Notes: generated by a model from the sequence alone, not told the origin. A DNA stretch of 64,000 nucleotides from an uncultured cyanobacterium (GCA_963706595.1 OY970166.1:1376001-1440000), one strand, 5' to 3'. Positions 21,258 through 33,107 are shown, counted from the stretch's first letter. Numbers and translations: made by a program.

Positions 21258-21681
21258 AAAGGTGATTTCCATGGTCAAAATTCATCAAATTGGCGATTGT
21301 GATCACTAATGCTTCGGGATCAACTGGTTTAGCCAGATGAATCTCAAACCCAGCCTCCAAAGCCCGGATACGATCCTCCGGGTCAGCATAAGCAGTTAAA
21401 GCCACTGCGGGGACTTGTCCACCTCTATCTTTTGCTAACTTCCGGACTTTGCGGATGAAGCTGTAACCATCTTCCCCAGGCATAGCAATATCACAGATAA
21501 AGACATCAGGCTGCAACTGGGGTAAAATTTCCAGTGCGGCGGCGGCTGAATCAACTGTTGTCACATTGGCACCATCTGCTGCCAACACAGTAGTAATATA
21601 AAAGCGGCTATCCTCATCATCATCCACTACAAGAATCCTGAAGCCAGCAAGAGCCAGAGGAGCTTGGATAATTTCTTTCAT
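21247..21681 (-). CDS. Stand-alone response regulator receiver protein
   Basis: ILVVDD, DIAMPGEDGY, ALTA, AGF..HLAKP; start at MKEIIQ. Confidence 0.88.
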   Translation of the reverse strand: MKEIIQAPLALAGFRILVVDDDEDSRFYITTVLAADGANVTTVDSAAAALEILPQLQPDVFICDIAMPGEDGYSFIRKVRKLAKDRGGQVPAVALTAYADPEDRIRALEAGFEIHLAKPVDPEALVITIANLMNFDHGNHLFKS

Positions 21682-22161
21682 TAGTGTTGGCAAAGTAATA
21701 ATTACTTGTAACTGATTGCTTGTGTTTTTTCTACACACCATGCCCTTGGCAATTTTACTGCGATCGCGCCAAACAATTTTAGATTTAGGATTGAGGATTG
21801 GGGATGGAATCAAGTCGGTCAAGCAATTTTGCTCAAATTTTTTAGTCACCCATGATACAGAGAGTTGTAAATCTCCATGTTTATTATCAAAACGTAATAT
21901 TAATTAATAGTATGTAAATTTTATTTACACTATGGTAAATAGGGATTTACGCGAAAATACAGCAATTTTAAATGAATTGTGAACTGCTCCTGCCGACAAT
22001 CATAAGTCGTTGGTATGAATCAAATTAATTATGCCTGTACTGTAGTTATCCTGGGAATGAGGACTATTTAACCATTAAGGTGTTTGCAGAATTTCACCAG
22101 ATTGCTACCTCACAATATTCGAGGATGTCTCCAGACAACTTGTCATCACCAGGACTTAAAC

Positions 22162-24420
22162 GTGAGTAATAATGATATTACCATCCCTTTCCCAGTTGAC
22201 CTCAGCAACTGTAACAAAGAGCCAATTCATATTCCTGGCTCTATTCAGCCTCATGGAGTTCTTTTTGCCTTAAAAGAGCCAGATTTAACTATCTTGCAGG
22301 TCAGTGATAATGCCTTCGATTTATTTGGTTTGTCACCCCAAGAATTACTCAATCAAAATTTAGCTAATTTTCTGGAATTAGCGCAAATTAATTTAATCAA
22401 AGATTCTTTAAATCAAGAGGATTTATTAATTTGTAATCCCATCGAATTGACCATAAATTTAGACAATAAACTTGTGAATTTTGATGGTATTCTTCACCGT
22501 TCTCATGAAACTTTAATTTTAGAATTAGAACCTACAACTTTAGAAAAAGGCAATACTTTTTTTGATTTTTACTATTTAGTAAAAGTAGCAATGTCGAAGC
22601 TACAATCTGCATCTAGTTTAGCGGAAATTAGCGAAATTATTGTCAAAGAAGTTAAGAAAATTACTGGTTTTGATAGAGTCATGCTCTATCGATTTGATGA
22701 AAATTGGCATGGTACAGTTATTGCTGAAGAAAAACCCGAATATCTGACACCTTATTTAGGGTTACGTTATCCGGCTTCAGATATTCCCACACAAGCGAGA
22801 AAACTCTACAGCCAAAATTGGTTGAGACTGATACCAAATATCTACTATCAACCTGTGGCCATTGTGCCAACCAATAATCCTTTGACTGATGAACCTTTAG
22901 ATTTAAGCCGCGCCGTGTTACGAAGTGTCTCGCCTGTACACGTTGAGTATATGCACAATATGGGCGTGACTGCATCCATGTCAATTTCCATTATTAAAGA
23001 TGGAAATCTGTGGGGACTAATTGCCTGTCATCATCAATCACCTAAATATATTCCCTATCAAGTTCGTAACGCCTGTGAATTTTTAGGGCAAATGACATCT
23101 TTAGAAATAGCGGCTAAAGAAGATAGTGAAGATGTGGAATCTAAGATGCAGGTGAAATCTTGCCATTCCAAGTTAGTGGAATATATGTCATTAGAAAGTA
23201 ACTTCATTGACGGTTTAATTAACAATCAACCAAATCTCCTAAATCTCGTGAATGCTCAAGGAGCAGCCGTGTGTTATCATGGCAACTATTTCACAGTGGG
23301 TAAAACTCCTAAACAGCAAGATATTCAAGATTTAGTGGAATGGATGCATCAAAACCAGAAAGAGGAAATTTTCTACACTGATTCCCTTTCTCAAGTTTAT
23401 CCACAGGCAGAAAAATTGCGGGATTTTGCTAGCGGTTTGATGGCGCTTTCCATTTCCAAAAGTCAAAAAAACTATGTTTTGTGGTTTCGCCCAGAGGTAG
23501 TGCAAACTGTAGATTGGGGTGGTAATCCAAATAAACCTGTAGAGGTAAAGCAAAATGGCAGTATCCGCCTATCACCCCGCAAATCCTTTGAATTATGGCA
23601 AGAAACTGTACTATTGAAATCGCTTTCCTGGAAATCTTATGAAGTCAATGCAGCGCTAGAGTTGAGGAATGCAATTATTGGCATGGTGTTGCGAAAAGCA
23701 GACGAACTCGCACAGTTGAATATTGAACTAGAACGTAGTAATAACGAATTAGATGCCTTTGCCTATATTGCTTCTCATGATTTAAAAGAACCACTGCGTG
23801 GTATTCACAATTACTCTAACTTCCTGATGGAAGATTACGGTGAAACCATCAACGAAGAAGGAAAGAACAAATTAAAAACATTGATTCGTCTGACCCAACG
23901 CATGGAGGATTTAATCGATTCGCTGCTGCATTTTTCTCGCTTGGGGAGAGTAGACCTTTCCATGCAGGAAACCGACCTAAATAGTATAGTAAATCGCAGT
24001 TTAGACTTATTGAGCGCCCGCATTGAGGAGATGCAGGTAGATATTCAAATTCCCCGACCTCTACCAATAATATATTGCGATCGCGTCCAAGTAGGCGAAG
24101 TATTTAATAATTTAATTGCTAACGCCATTAAATACAATGATCAAGCCGAAAAAATCATTGAAATTGGTTATATAGAGGAACCACCATTACCAATTACATT
24201 CTACGTACGAGATAATGGTATCGGTATTCGAGATAAACACTTTGAGGCAATTTTTCGGATTTTCAAAAGACTGCACGGACCAAGTAAGTATGGTGGAGGG
24301 ACTGGGGCGGGGTTAACTATCGCCAAAAAAATCGTAGAACGTCACGGTGGTAAAATTTGGGTCGATTCCACCTACGATCAAGGCAGTACCTTTTATTTTA
24401 CATTACAGGGAGTTGACTAA
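22162..24420 (+). CDS. Bacteriophytochrome-type histidine kinase (CphB/AphB-like, biliverdin-binding type)
   Basis: PAS-GAF-PHY-HK: N-terminal [24 protein letters not shown] (no GAF Cys), [15 protein letters not shown]; probable GTG start at 22162. Confidence 0.93.
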   Translation: MSNNDITIPFPVDLSNCNKEPIHIPGSIQPHGVLFALKEPDLTILQVSDNAFDLFGLSPQELLNQNLANFLELAQINLIKDSLNQEDLLICNPIELTINLDNKLVNFDGILHRSHETLILELEPTTLEKGNTFFDFYYLVKVAMSKLQSASSLAEISEIIVKEVKKITGFDRVMLYRFDENWHGTVIAEEKPEYLTPYLGLRYPASDIPTQARKLYSQNWLRLIPNIYYQPVAIVPTNNPLTDEPLDLSRAVLRSVSPVHVEYMHNMGVTASMSISIIKDGNLWGLIACHHQSPKYIPYQVRNACEFLGQMTSLEIAAKEDSEDVESKMQVKSCHSKLVEYMSLESNFIDGLINNQPNLLNLVNAQGAAVCYHGNYFTVGKTPKQQDIQDLVEWMHQNQKEEIFYTDSLSQVYPQAEKLRDFASGLMALSISKSQKNYVLWFRPEVVQTVDWGGNPNKPVEVKQNGSIRLSPRKSFELWQETVLLKSLSWKSYEVNAALELRNAIIGMVLRKADELAQLNIELERSNNELDAFAYIASHDLKEPLRGIHNYSNFLMEDYGETINEEGKNKLKTLIRLTQRMEDLIDSLLHFSRLGRVDLSMQETDLNSIVNRSLDLLSARIEEMQVDIQIPRPLPIIYCDRVQVGEVFNNLIANAIKYNDQAEKIIEIGYIEEPPLPITFYVRDNGIGIRDKHFEAIFRIFKRLHGPSKYGGGTGAGLTIAKKIVERHGGKIWVDSTYDQGSTFYFTLQGVD

Positions 24421-24424
24421 ACCC

Positions 24425-24880
24425 ATGATTGGTAATTTTGCCAGACCTCTATTAGTAGTTGAAGATAGCGACGAAGACTTTGAAGCCTTGAGTCGAATCA
24501 TGAAAAAACAATCTGTGGTCAATCCTGTTTTTCGCTGTAGCGATGGCGATGAAGCACTAGACTTTCTTTACCACACCGGGACTTACAAAAATTGCCGAAA
24601 ATTTCCTCGTCCAGCGCTGATTTTACTCGACCTCAATTTACCGGGAACTGATGGGCGAGAAGTTTTAGAGCAAATCAAGCAGGATGAAAAGCTCAGATAT
24701 ATTCCTGTCGTTGTCTTTACCACGTCATCTAATCCTAAAGATATAGAAATATGTTACAAATATTGCGTTGCTAGTTATATGTTGAAACCAATTGATATTA
24801 ATAGATTGGTGGAAACTATTCAAACTTTCATCACTTATTGGTTAGATATCGTAATCCTCCCTGATGCTGTTAACAATTAG
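24425..24880 (+). CDS. Rcp-type response regulator partnered with the phytochrome
   Basis: [25 protein letters not shown]...DI..CY, YWL. Confidence 0.92.
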   Translation: MIGNFARPLLVVEDSDEDFEALSRIMKKQSVVNPVFRCSDGDEALDFLYHTGTYKNCRKFPRPALILLDLNLPGTDGREVLEQIKQDEKLRYIPVVVFTTSSNPKDIEICYKYCVASYMLKPIDINRLVETIQTFITYWLDIVILPDAVNN

Positions 24881-24882
24881 TT

Positions 24883-27573
24883 ATGGCGCAACCGCTAACT
24901 GTTTTAATTGTCGATGATTCTCCTGAAGACCGCCAGGTTTATCGTCGTTATCTGCTGCAAGACCAGGAATACAGTTACACAATTCTCGAAGAAGAATCAG
25001 GAGAAGGAGCGTTGGCATTATGCCAGCAGTTTCAGCCTGATGCGATTTTATTAGACTTCTTGCTGCCAGACTTGGATGGTTTGGAATTTTTGGCGGAATT
25101 AAAACAGCAATCCCCGAAAGCCATACCAGCAGTAATAATGTTAACTGGTTATGGTAACGAAGCTGTGGCTGTACAGGCCATGAAAAGCGGTGTCCAAGAC
25201 TATTTAGTTAAAGGACAAACAACTGGCGAGTATTTGCGCTCAACTATTCACTCGGCAATTAAAAATGCTCAACTAAGTCAAGAGTTGCAACGCAGTGAGG
25301 AACGTTTCCGCACCTCCGTGGAGAATATGCTTGATTGTTTTGGCATTTTTTCGGCTGTGCGCCATGAGACGGGCGAAATCCTCCAGTTTCGGGTTGATTA
25401 TATGAACGCCGCAGCTTGTGAATTTAGCCAGATGAGTTCAGGAGAACAGGGCGAATATCTGGGTAAAATTATCTTAAATATGCGCGAAAATGGCTTGTTT
25501 GAAGAATGTTGTCAAGTGGTAAAAACGGGTCAGCCTTTAGTTAAAGAATCACTCGTTTATACTGCTTTAAATAGTCAACAGCAATCAACCAGAATTATTG
25601 ATATTCGCATCACCAAAATGGGGGATGGCTTCGTCGCAGCTTGGCGAGATGTCACTGAAAAAAAATGGGCAGAAGCAAAATTAAGAGAGAGTCAGCAGTT
25701 CATTGAACGCATTGCCGATACCACACCAGGAATTTTGTATGTTTATGATTTGATGGAACAGCAGAATGTCTATACTAATAGTCAAGTTATTAACCTTCTG
25801 GGTTATACTGTCCAACAAATTCAAGCTATGGATTCTGAGTTCCTATCATCTTTAATGCATCCTGAAGATTGGAGGCGATTTTTTGAACATCTGCAACTCA
25901 TTAACGCATCTGAGAATGGTGACATTTTGGAATTTGAATATCGGATGCGACACGCCAATGGGGAATGGCTGTGGTTTTTTAGTCGGGATACTGTATTCAA
26001 CAGAAATGTTGACGGTTCGCCACGTCAAATTGTGGGTACAGCTTTTGATATTACTGCGCGGAAGCAAGCAGAAGAACAGCTACGTTTAAGTAATGAGCGT
26101 TTTCAACTAGCAGCAGCAGCAGTTAATTGTCTAATTTATGATCGGGATTTGAAAAAGAATACGGTGAGCAGAACTGAGGGGTTAACCCGGATTTTGGGCT
26201 ATTCCTTAGAAGAAACCGAACCCAGCGCTGAGTGGTGGATAGAGAAGGTTCATCCCGAACATAGAGAGCTTCTGCTCAATCAATTGATGGATTTTTGTAC
26301 CCGTGAAAATTACTATGCTATTGAGTATAGGATGCGTCATCAAGACCAACAGTATCGATATGTCTTAGATCAGGGAATTATTGTCCGAGATCCTCATGGT
26401 CAGGTTGTGCGAACAGTGGGCAGTGTGACAGATATTAGCGAACGCAAACGGGCTGAAACAGCTTTGCGCGAAAGTGAGGAACGTTACCGTTATTTATCCA
26501 ATGCCATACCACAACTCGTCTGGATTTGCAATATTCATGGTGAATATGAGTATGTGAATCAGCGATGGTGTGACTTCACTGGGCAGAAGATTCAGGAGGC
26601 GATGGAGGTAGGCTGGACCAAAGTTATACATCCAGATGATATTCAAATAGCTATTCAAGCATGGATGAATGCCTTACAGACAGGAGAACCTTATGAACAG
26701 GAAATGCGCTACAAAAGGCTGGATGGTAGCTATGTTTGGCATTTAGCCAGGGGTGTGCCAATGAAGAATGACCAAGGAAAAATTATCAAGTGGTTTGGCA
26801 CAAGCACTGATATAGACCATCGCAAGCAATTGGAAGCGGAACGGGATCACCTGTTGCAGCTAGAACAAGCGGCGCGTGGTGCAGCCGAAAAAGCGAATCA
26901 AACTAAAGATGAGTTTGTAGCTATGGTATCTCATGACTTGCGATCGCCACTCAATGCCATTCTCGGTTGGGCAAAATTGCTGCGGACTCGGCAACTCGAT
27001 GCAGATACCGTTACCAATGCCTTAGAAACCATTGAACGCAATGCTCAATCTCAGGCAAAACTCTTAGAAGACTTGTTAAATATGTCACGCATTCTTCGGG
27101 GTCAGTTGCAGTTGGAAGTTCGCCCAGTGGAGTTGGTGAACATTGTCAAAGCATCTGTGGAGACTGCTTACCCGTCAGCTAATGCTAAGGACATTGATTT
27201 AGAATCGATCATTGATGAATCTATTCCCCCCATTGTCGGTGATACCAACCGTTTGCTGCAAGTTTTAGGTAATTTACTCTCCAACGCCATTAAGTTCACC
27301 CCATCCGGGGGAAGAGTGGAAGTGCAACTAGCAAAAAGTGATGATTCCCAAATCCTCATCCAAGTCAGTGACACAGGTCTGGGGATTCAACCGGAATTTC
27401 TGCCTCACGTATTTGAAAGATATCGTCAGGCCGATTGTAATTCCCAACACAGTGGCTTAGGTTTGGGTTTAGCGATCGCGCGTCATTTAGTACAATTACA
27501 CGGAGGTACTATTCAAGCACATAGCCAAGGCGAAGGGCTAGGGGCAACTTTTACCATCAAGTTACCTTTGTAG
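24883..27573 (+). CDS. Hybrid histidine kinase (REC - multiple PAS/PAC - HisKA - HATPase)
   Basis: N-terminal VDD/LLD receiver, PAS repeats (HPED, HPDD), SHDLRSPL, NLLSNAIKFT, GLGLGL. Confidence 0.93.
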   Translation: MAQPLTVLIVDDSPEDRQVYRRYLLQDQEYSYTILEEESGEGALALCQQFQPDAILLDFLLPDLDGLEFLAELKQQSPKAIPAVIMLTGYGNEAVAVQAMKSGVQDYLVKGQTTGEYLRSTIHSAIKNAQLSQELQRSEERFRTSVENMLDCFGIFSAVRHETGEILQFRVDYMNAAACEFSQMSSGEQGEYLGKIILNMRENGLFEECCQVVKTGQPLVKESLVYTALNSQQQSTRIIDIRITKMGDGFVAAWRDVTEKKWAEAKLRESQQFIERIADTTPGILYVYDLMEQQNVYTNSQVINLLGYTVQQIQAMDSEFLSSLMHPEDWRRFFEHLQLINASENGDILEFEYRMRHANGEWLWFFSRDTVFNRNVDGSPRQIVGTAFDITARKQAEEQLRLSNERFQLAAAAVNCLIYDRDLKKNTVSRTEGLTRILGYSLEETEPSAEWWIEKVHPEHRELLLNQLMDFCTRENYYAIEYRMRHQDQQYRYVLDQGIIVRDPHGQVVRTVGSVTDISERKRAETALRESEERYRYLSNAIPQLVWICNIHGEYEYVNQRWCDFTGQKIQEAMEVGWTKVIHPDDIQIAIQAWMNALQTGEPYEQEMRYKRLDGSYVWHLARGVPMKNDQGKIIKWFGTSTDIDHRKQLEAERDHLLQLEQAARGAAEKANQTKDEFVAMVSHDLRSPLNAILGWAKLLRTRQLDADTVTNALETIERNAQSQAKLLEDLLNMSRILRGQLQLEVRPVELVNIVKASVETAYPSANAKDIDLESIIDESIPPIVGDTNRLLQVLGNLLSNAIKFTPSGGRVEVQLAKSDDSQILIQVSDTGLGIQPEFLPHVFERYRQADCNSQHSGLGLGLAIARHLVQLHGGTIQAHSQGEGLGATFTIKLPL

Positions 27574-27575
27574 GC

Positions 27576-27606
27576 GGGGAGTGGGGAGTGGGGAGTGGGG
27601 AGTGGG
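27576..27606. repeat. STRR (GGGGAGT) x4
   Basis: Direct heptamer repeats after the kinase stop. Confidence 0.8.
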
Positions 27607-27638
27607 AAACAGAATTAAATATAAAATCTTGACGATAT

Positions 27639-27671
27639 AGATCCCCGACTTCTTAGAGAAGTCGGGGATCT
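27639..27671. repeat. 33-bp dispersed palindrome, copy 3
   Basis: agatccccgacttcttagagaagtcggggatct; shares the ttgacgatat left flank with copy 1. Confidence 0.8.
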
Positions 27672-27714
27672 GGGTATTACGTTTTTTAAGTTTGAGCTAT
27701 AACTGATAACTGAT

Positions 27715-28923
27715 TTACTGACTGGGTATAGTGATAAAATCTTTTACTGAACCCAAAGAATAATCATTTAATTTAAAATCAGCAAAAGGTTTATTTTCTA
27801 ACCTATCCCGTAAAGCTTCATCGATAATTACATCTTCTGATTGTGGCTGCACACCAATAATAATTACACTTCTTTGATATCTAGTTAAATCCTGATTCTC
27901 TTGACAATTACTTCTTTGAAATTGCCCAAGATTTAATAAGCGATAGCCTTGCACACTGGGTGTATTACTAAATAAACTTTTGGCTAAATTTTGAACTTTT
28001 TGAGCGCGTTCTAAAGCTTTACGTTGTTGAACGGCTAGATTACCTCCACAAGCAGCGATCCCTACAGAAATAATTTCACTAGGTTCTGCCATTATTTGCT
28101 GAATACCGACCTGTTCTAATTTTAACTTTAAAACTTCAAGACTAATAATTTGATCATTATATTGAACTTGAAAATTACTCCCAGCCAGCCATTTATATTC
28201 AACTGATAAAACAGCGATATTAAATTTAGCAACTTTACCTTGACTATCCATTCCTTCCTCATAAGGAAAGTAATCGACTGTACCATTTCTTTCTGGTGAT
28301 TGTGCTGATGTTGCCAAAGTAGCAAACTTGGGTGAACGTGTGGCTAAAGCTGTTAAACTCAGTAAACCTAAAGAAACTAAGAAAGCTGTAAACAAAGCTA
28401 TTAAAGGCACTTTTTCGGAATGCTTTGCTGATGTTGGTAAAGTCATATTAGTTTTAGACCTAGTTACCACATTTTTAGGTATCAATTGTTTTAACCAGTT
28501 TACAGCTTGTGGTTGCGAAACGAATTTATGCTGCTGCTTTAGCCACGCATCCAAGTGAGGCTGGTCAATTTTTTCCATGACAATGCAGTGCAGAACCAAA
28601 CCATTTCTCGTTTGATACTGAAAATAACCTTCAAATCGGGGAATTTCGGGATGATTCAGATGTTCTAACAGTGATGCTTCTTGGCAAAACAGTTCTACTG
28701 CTTGCGCGTCCTTTGATAGCTCTTGATTGAGTACCTTGAGGATTTTTGGTATATTCTGTTCATCAGCTGCATAGACTTTGCTAAAACCAGTTGTATCACT
28801 CAACAAAGTTATCACCCGATAGCGTCCTAAGACTTCCAATGGAGAACCACAACTTGGACAAAAACGGTCTTGATGATCTGGGTGATGGGGTTGAGGACAA
28901 ACTGGATTAATACAAAGGCTCAT
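27715..28923 (-). CDS. 4-Cys-prefix protein with truncated kinase N-lobe, TM helix and extracytoplasmic domain
   Basis: MSLCINPVC...FCPSCG prefix; kinase subdomains up to NWLKQL, then no HRD or DFG; TM LIALFTAFLVSLGLL. Confidence 0.75.
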   Translation of the reverse strand: MSLCINPVCPQPHHPDHQDRFCPSCGSPLEVLGRYRVITLLSDTTGFSKVYAADEQNIPKILKVLNQELSKDAQAVELFCQEASLLEHLNHPEIPRFEGYFQYQTRNGLVLHCIVMEKIDQPHLDAWLKQQHKFVSQPQAVNWLKQLIPKNVVTRSKTNMTLPTSAKHSEKVPLIALFTAFLVSLGLLSLTALATRSPKFATLATSAQSPERNGTVDYFPYEEGMDSQGKVAKFNIAVLSVEYKWLAGSNFQVQYNDQIISLEVLKLKLEQVGIQQIMAEPSEIISVGIAACGGNLAVQQRKALERAQKVQNLAKSLFSNTPSVQGYRLLNLGQFQRSNCQENQDLTRYQRSVIIIGVQPQSEDVIIDEALRDRLENKPFADFKLNDYSLGSVKDFITIPSQ

Positions 28924-28952
28924 GATTAAATGAAGTCAAAGTCAGACTGGTT

Positions 28953-29795
28953 TTATTTACATTCTGCTAAGAATGCTGCTACAGTCCGGTTAAATGCTTC
29001 AGGTTGAGTTAAAAATGGCCAATGATTCCCTGGAACTTGGCATAAACGGAAATTGTTCAAGTTGGTTTTGTAAGGTTTGATTTGCCAATTTTGACGGTTC
29101 AGACCTTTTTCTGGTTGTACGAACAGCGCCGGGGTATCCACAGGGTGAATAAAACCCGGTACACACATCACGTCTTCAAAAATGCGATCGCGCGCTGCTA
29201 TAGTAAATTTACTACCCCAACTCCCATCAAGTTTTTCCTCTATTCCCGCTTGAAATACTTGTTGTTGTAAAGTAGTCCAGCCCTCATATTGCTTTAACTG
29301 ACGCGCTTGGGCTTCGGCTTCTGCGTAACTAGCAAAAGGCCCCATACCTTTGAGGAAAGATAAGTAACGATATAACAGAGGGAAAGTTAACCGCAATAAA
29401 CTGGGCATTTTCCAGATAAAAATTGGGTCAACCAGAATCATACTGCGTAAACGGGCGGGATTTTTTCTCGCCCAGATAGCGGCTAGTTTCCCCGTCCAGG
29501 AGTGACTGACAACGTGTGCAGAAGACCATCCCAGACGATCCATGAGAGCTTCCAGGTCAGCGATCGCACTTTCAAAGGTATAATCATCTTCAGGCTTACT
29601 ACTTTCACCATGACCACGCATATCAGGCGCAACGATGTGATAATCTGCCGCTAGGTCATCTGCCAAACTAGACCAAACCACGGCGTTATCAGCTAAACCG
29701 TGTAACAGCAGTAAAGGTTCATCACCTTGTTTCCACTCTAAATAAGAAAGTTCGATATCAGGATTCGATAACGTTTGACGTAAAGGCATCGTCAT
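28953..29795 (-). CDS. Alpha/beta fold hydrolase
   Basis: LLLHGL, DMRGHGES, SHSWTG nucleophile elbow, C-terminal His (GNHW). Confidence 0.9.
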   Translation of the reverse strand: MTMPLRQTLSNPDIELSYLEWKQGDEPLLLLHGLADNAVVWSSLADDLAADYHIVAPDMRGHGESSKPEDDYTFESAIADLEALMDRLGWSSAHVVSHSWTGKLAAIWARKNPARLRSMILVDPIFIWKMPSLLRLTFPLLYRYLSFLKGMGPFASYAEAEAQARQLKQYEGWTTLQQQVFQAGIEEKLDGSWGSKFTIAARDRIFEDVMCVPGFIHPVDTPALFVQPEKGLNRQNWQIKPYKTNLNNFRLCQVPGNHWPFLTQPEAFNRTVAAFLAECK

Positions 29796-29838
29796 ACAAT
29801 TTTGGATTTTAGATTTCGGATTTTGGATTGACTGCGAC

Positions 29839-29944
29839 TATAGCAATTCCCATTCAAGTGAGGTAAAAGCAGTAATAATTAAACGCAGATGGACGCAGAT
29901 AAACGCAGATAATTCTGTACTTTATCATACTAGGAAATGCTATA
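29839..29944. mobile_element. TA-flanked MITE-like element
   Basis: Terminal inverted repeats TATAGCAATTCC / GGAAATGCTATA; internal ACGCAGAT repeats. Confidence 0.6.
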
Positions 29945-30036
29945 AAGTCGCCCAGTCCGGTTTCCTTTCAGGGTTTCTAACCCTGAGTTTCCAACATCCC
30001 GCGAGGTTAATATGATTAGGAAATTTTAACACAAAT

Positions 30037-30219
30037 TTATTTCGGCTTTTTATATTTAGAAAGATAATTATGTAGTGCCACAAAAAACATCAGGGTGTAA
30101 CTTGCAAAAATTACAAGACTGAAAGTAACAAAGGTAGGCAAATTAAGCCTTTGGATTACAATTACCATGACAACACTAAAAAATATACTAGCTAGAAAAG
30201 CTAATAAATCTTTATTCAA
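30037..30219 (-). CDS. Small two-TM membrane protein (putative)
   Basis: TTG start preceded by AGGAG; two hydrophobic helices and a basic tail. Confidence 0.5.
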   Translation of the reverse strand: MNKDLLAFLASIFFSVVMVIVIQRLNLPTFVTFSLVIFASYTLMFFVALHNYLSKYKKPK

Positions 30220-30501
30220 AATTATCTCCTAAATATTAGTTATTACGACTTGCTCTACTCATACTTGATTAATCCGCCTAAATACCGTAAACAATGATAC
30301 GTACAAACCTGTTTACGAGTTTATTTAGATTAGTTTTAGGATTTTAAATAAAATGATTTTTACTCACTTTAAATTAACAATAGAAAGATTCCCGATGATT
30401 TTAAGAATTAGAGAATCTGAAGCTATGCGTATTTGCAATAGTTCGGGAATTAATCTAATACTTAAATAGGTGTATTTATTCCATAAGGGAAAATTGACGA
30501 T

Positions 30502-32652
30502 ATGTATCTCTCTCTCTGGCCTGGTAAACCCTATCCTCTAGGAGCAACTTGGGATGGTAAAGGCACTAACTTTGCGCTATTTTCCGAAAACGCCACAGGA
30601 GTTGAATTGTGCCTGTTTGACCAGCAAGAGCGAGAAACCAGACTAACTCTCACAGAAATTAGTAACTTTACTTGGCATTGTTACGTGCCTTCTATCGTCC
30701 CTGGTCAGCGATACGGATTTAGGGTACACGGTCCCTTTAACCCCCAAGAAGGGCATCGCTTTAATCCCAACAAGCTGCTGATAGACCCCTACGCCAAAGC
30801 ACTAGACGGCGAAATTGGGTTTGGGGAAGAAATGTTTGGCTATCGCTGGGATGATTCTCAAGAGGATTTGGGATTTTCCGAACTGGATGACGCGCACCTC
30901 GTACCCAAAGCGGTGGTAGTGGATGAGTCTTTTGATTGGGAAGGGGATGAACTGCTGCAAATACCTTGGCACGAAACAGTAATTTATGAAACCCACGTCA
31001 AAGGTTTTACCAAGCTACACACAGAAATTCCTGCCAAGCTGCGAGGAACCTATGCTGGACTAGCTCATCCGGCTAGTATTTCTCATCTCCAGTCTCTGGG
31101 TGTGACAGCTGTAGAATTGATGCCCGTCCATCATTATCTCGCATATCCGCGACACTTATTCGATACAGGGCTGAGAAATTACTGGGGTTATGACTCTATC
31201 TGCTATTTAGCTCCCTACCACGGTTATAGTGCTAATTCCGGTCATGGAGAGCAGGTAAAAGAATTTAAGCAGATGGTTAAGGCACTCCACAAAGCCGGAA
31301 TGGAGGTGATTTTAGATGTAGTTTACAACCATACAGGGGAAGGTAATAATTTAGGGCCAACCTTATCTCTGCGGGGGATAGATAATAAATCTTATTATCG
31401 CTTAGTAGATGGTAACGCTCGTTATTATATGGACTTCACCGGCTGCGGTAATTCTTTGAATGTCCGCCATCCCCAGGTGCTGAAACTAATTATGGATAGT
31501 CTGCGTTACTGGGTGCTGGAAATGCACGTTGATGGTTTCCGTTTTGACTTAGCCTCGGCTCTGGCGCGGGAACTTTTCGCAGTTGACAGGTTGGCAGCGT
31601 TCTTTGATATTATTCACCAAGATCCGGTTTTAGCTGAGGTGAAATTGATTGCTGAACCTTGGGATGTGGGTGAAGGTGGCTATCAAGTGGGGGAATTTCC
31701 TCTGCTGTGGTCGGAATGGAATGGTAGGTATAGGGATACTGTGCGGGACTTCTGGCGCGGCGAAGATAGTAGTTTGGCAGAGTTTGCTTATCGGTTTACG
31801 GGTAGTTCTGACTTATATCAGTTAAACGGACGCAATCCGAGCGCTAGTATTAACTTTATCACAGCCCACGATGGTTTTACTCTCAATGATTTAGTGAGTT
31901 ACAACCACAAGCATAATGAGGCGAATGAGGAAGACAGTCGAGATGGGGAAAATCATAATCGCTCTTGGAACTGTGGCGCAGAAGGAGAAACGAATGATCC
32001 GGTCATCTTAAAGTTGCGGAAACAGCAACGGCGAAACTTTTTGGCTACTTTAATGCTTTCCCAAGGTGTACCGATGCTGGTGATGGGTGACGAAATGGGG
32101 CGGAGTCAAGGGGGGAATAATAACGCCTACTGTCAAGATAATGAAGTTGCTTGGTTAGATTGGGATTTACCAGAAGAAAATGAGGCGCTGTTAGATTTTA
32201 CCCGTCAGCTGATTGACTTTCGCCGCAAGCATCCAGTTTTTCGCAGACGCAAGTGGTTCCAAGGTAGAGCTATCCACGGTTCTGGGGTACATGACATTGG
32301 TTGGTTCAATCCCGATGGGACGCAGATGACCGAAGAACAGTGGAATAAAGGTTTTACTAAGGCGATTGGGATTTTTATGAATGGTGAAGAAATAGCGACT
32401 CCTGGACCACGGGGGGAACGAATTATGGATGATTCCTTTTTATGGTTCTTTAATGCTCACCATGAGATGTTGGAGTTCGTCATTCCTAAAGGATTACAGA
32501 ATTGGGAATGGTTGACGATGATTGATACAACTAAGCCACGGTTTGTGCAACGGGGTAAACGTTACATCGATGATAAACCAATTCCAGTGGAGGGGCGATC
32601 GCTTGTAGTTTTACAGCGCTTGGGTAGAGCTTTATTTGAAGATGAAGCATAA
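30502..32652 (+). CDS. glgX: Glycogen debranching enzyme (isoamylase) GlgX
   Basis: [49 protein letters not shown]. Confidence 0.97.
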   Translation: MYLSLWPGKPYPLGATWDGKGTNFALFSENATGVELCLFDQQERETRLTLTEISNFTWHCYVPSIVPGQRYGFRVHGPFNPQEGHRFNPNKLLIDPYAKALDGEIGFGEEMFGYRWDDSQEDLGFSELDDAHLVPKAVVVDESFDWEGDELLQIPWHETVIYETHVKGFTKLHTEIPAKLRGTYAGLAHPASISHLQSLGVTAVELMPVHHYLAYPRHLFDTGLRNYWGYDSICYLAPYHGYSANSGHGEQVKEFKQMVKALHKAGMEVILDVVYNHTGEGNNLGPTLSLRGIDNKSYYRLVDGNARYYMDFTGCGNSLNVRHPQVLKLIMDSLRYWVLEMHVDGFRFDLASALARELFAVDRLAAFFDIIHQDPVLAEVKLIAEPWDVGEGGYQVGEFPLLWSEWNGRYRDTVRDFWRGEDSSLAEFAYRFTGSSDLYQLNGRNPSASINFITAHDGFTLNDLVSYNHKHNEANEEDSRDGENHNRSWNCGAEGETNDPVILKLRKQQRRNFLATLMLSQGVPMLVMGDEMGRSQGGNNNAYCQDNEVAWLDWDLPEENEALLDFTRQLIDFRRKHPVFRRRKWFQGRAIHGSGVHDIGWFNPDGTQMTEEQWNKGFTKAIGIFMNGEEIATPGPRGERIMDDSFLWFFNAHHEMLEFVIPKGLQNWEWLTMIDTTKPRFVQRGKRYIDDKPIPVEGRSLVVLQRLGRALFEDEA

Positions 32653-32829
32653 TACACAGCGAGCGAATTATTCATGTCCGTTATGATTCCCACAGTCATT
32701 GCACCTCACCCCTTAATCCCCTCCCCGCCTGCGGGGAGGGGAGACAAAGCGCAGCTTTCGGGGTTTAAATCCCCGATTGTTTAATCTTTAGCAATCTTGC
32801 AACTGGAAAAACGTTAAATTTTATGTTTA

Positions 32830-33107
32830 GGGATTTCCAGAAAATAAATTGCCCCATTTTATCCTCACTTTTCATGTCATGTGGAAAAACCAACGCGAAA
32901 CCTAACCCCCTAGCCCCCTTCCCTACCAGGGAAGGGGGAAAATTCAAAGCCTCTCCCCTACAAGGGGAGAGGTTTGGAGAGAGGTTTTCCAGATCCCGTG
33001 AAAAGTCAGATTTCATCAGACCATATTTGTTCTTTATCCCCCCTGCTCCCTGCTCCCTGCTCCCCTGCCTACCTCAGCAATGGAATATTTTTTTAATTGT
33101 CAGTCCC
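32830..33107. mobile_element. MITE (GGGA.TTCCA ends) carrying a second nested MITE
   Basis: With 32864-33009 removed it aligns with the reverse complement of 48311-48426. Confidence 0.75.
32864..33009. mobile_element. 146-bp MITE with 13-bp TIRs and 8-bp target duplication
   Basis: TIRs CTCACTTTTCATG / CGTGAAAAGTCAG; flanks ATTTTATC (32856-63) and ATTTCATC (33010-17). Confidence 0.75.

Noticed and set aside
21914..21930. TGTAAA...TTTACA palindrome upstream of the phytochrome
   Set aside because: GTA-N9-TAC spacing does not fit NtcA; single occurrence
30287..30300. GTA-N8-TAC NtcA-like box upstream of glgX
   Set aside because: No TAN3T -10 box at the canonical ~22-nt spacing; expected by chance in AT-rich DNA
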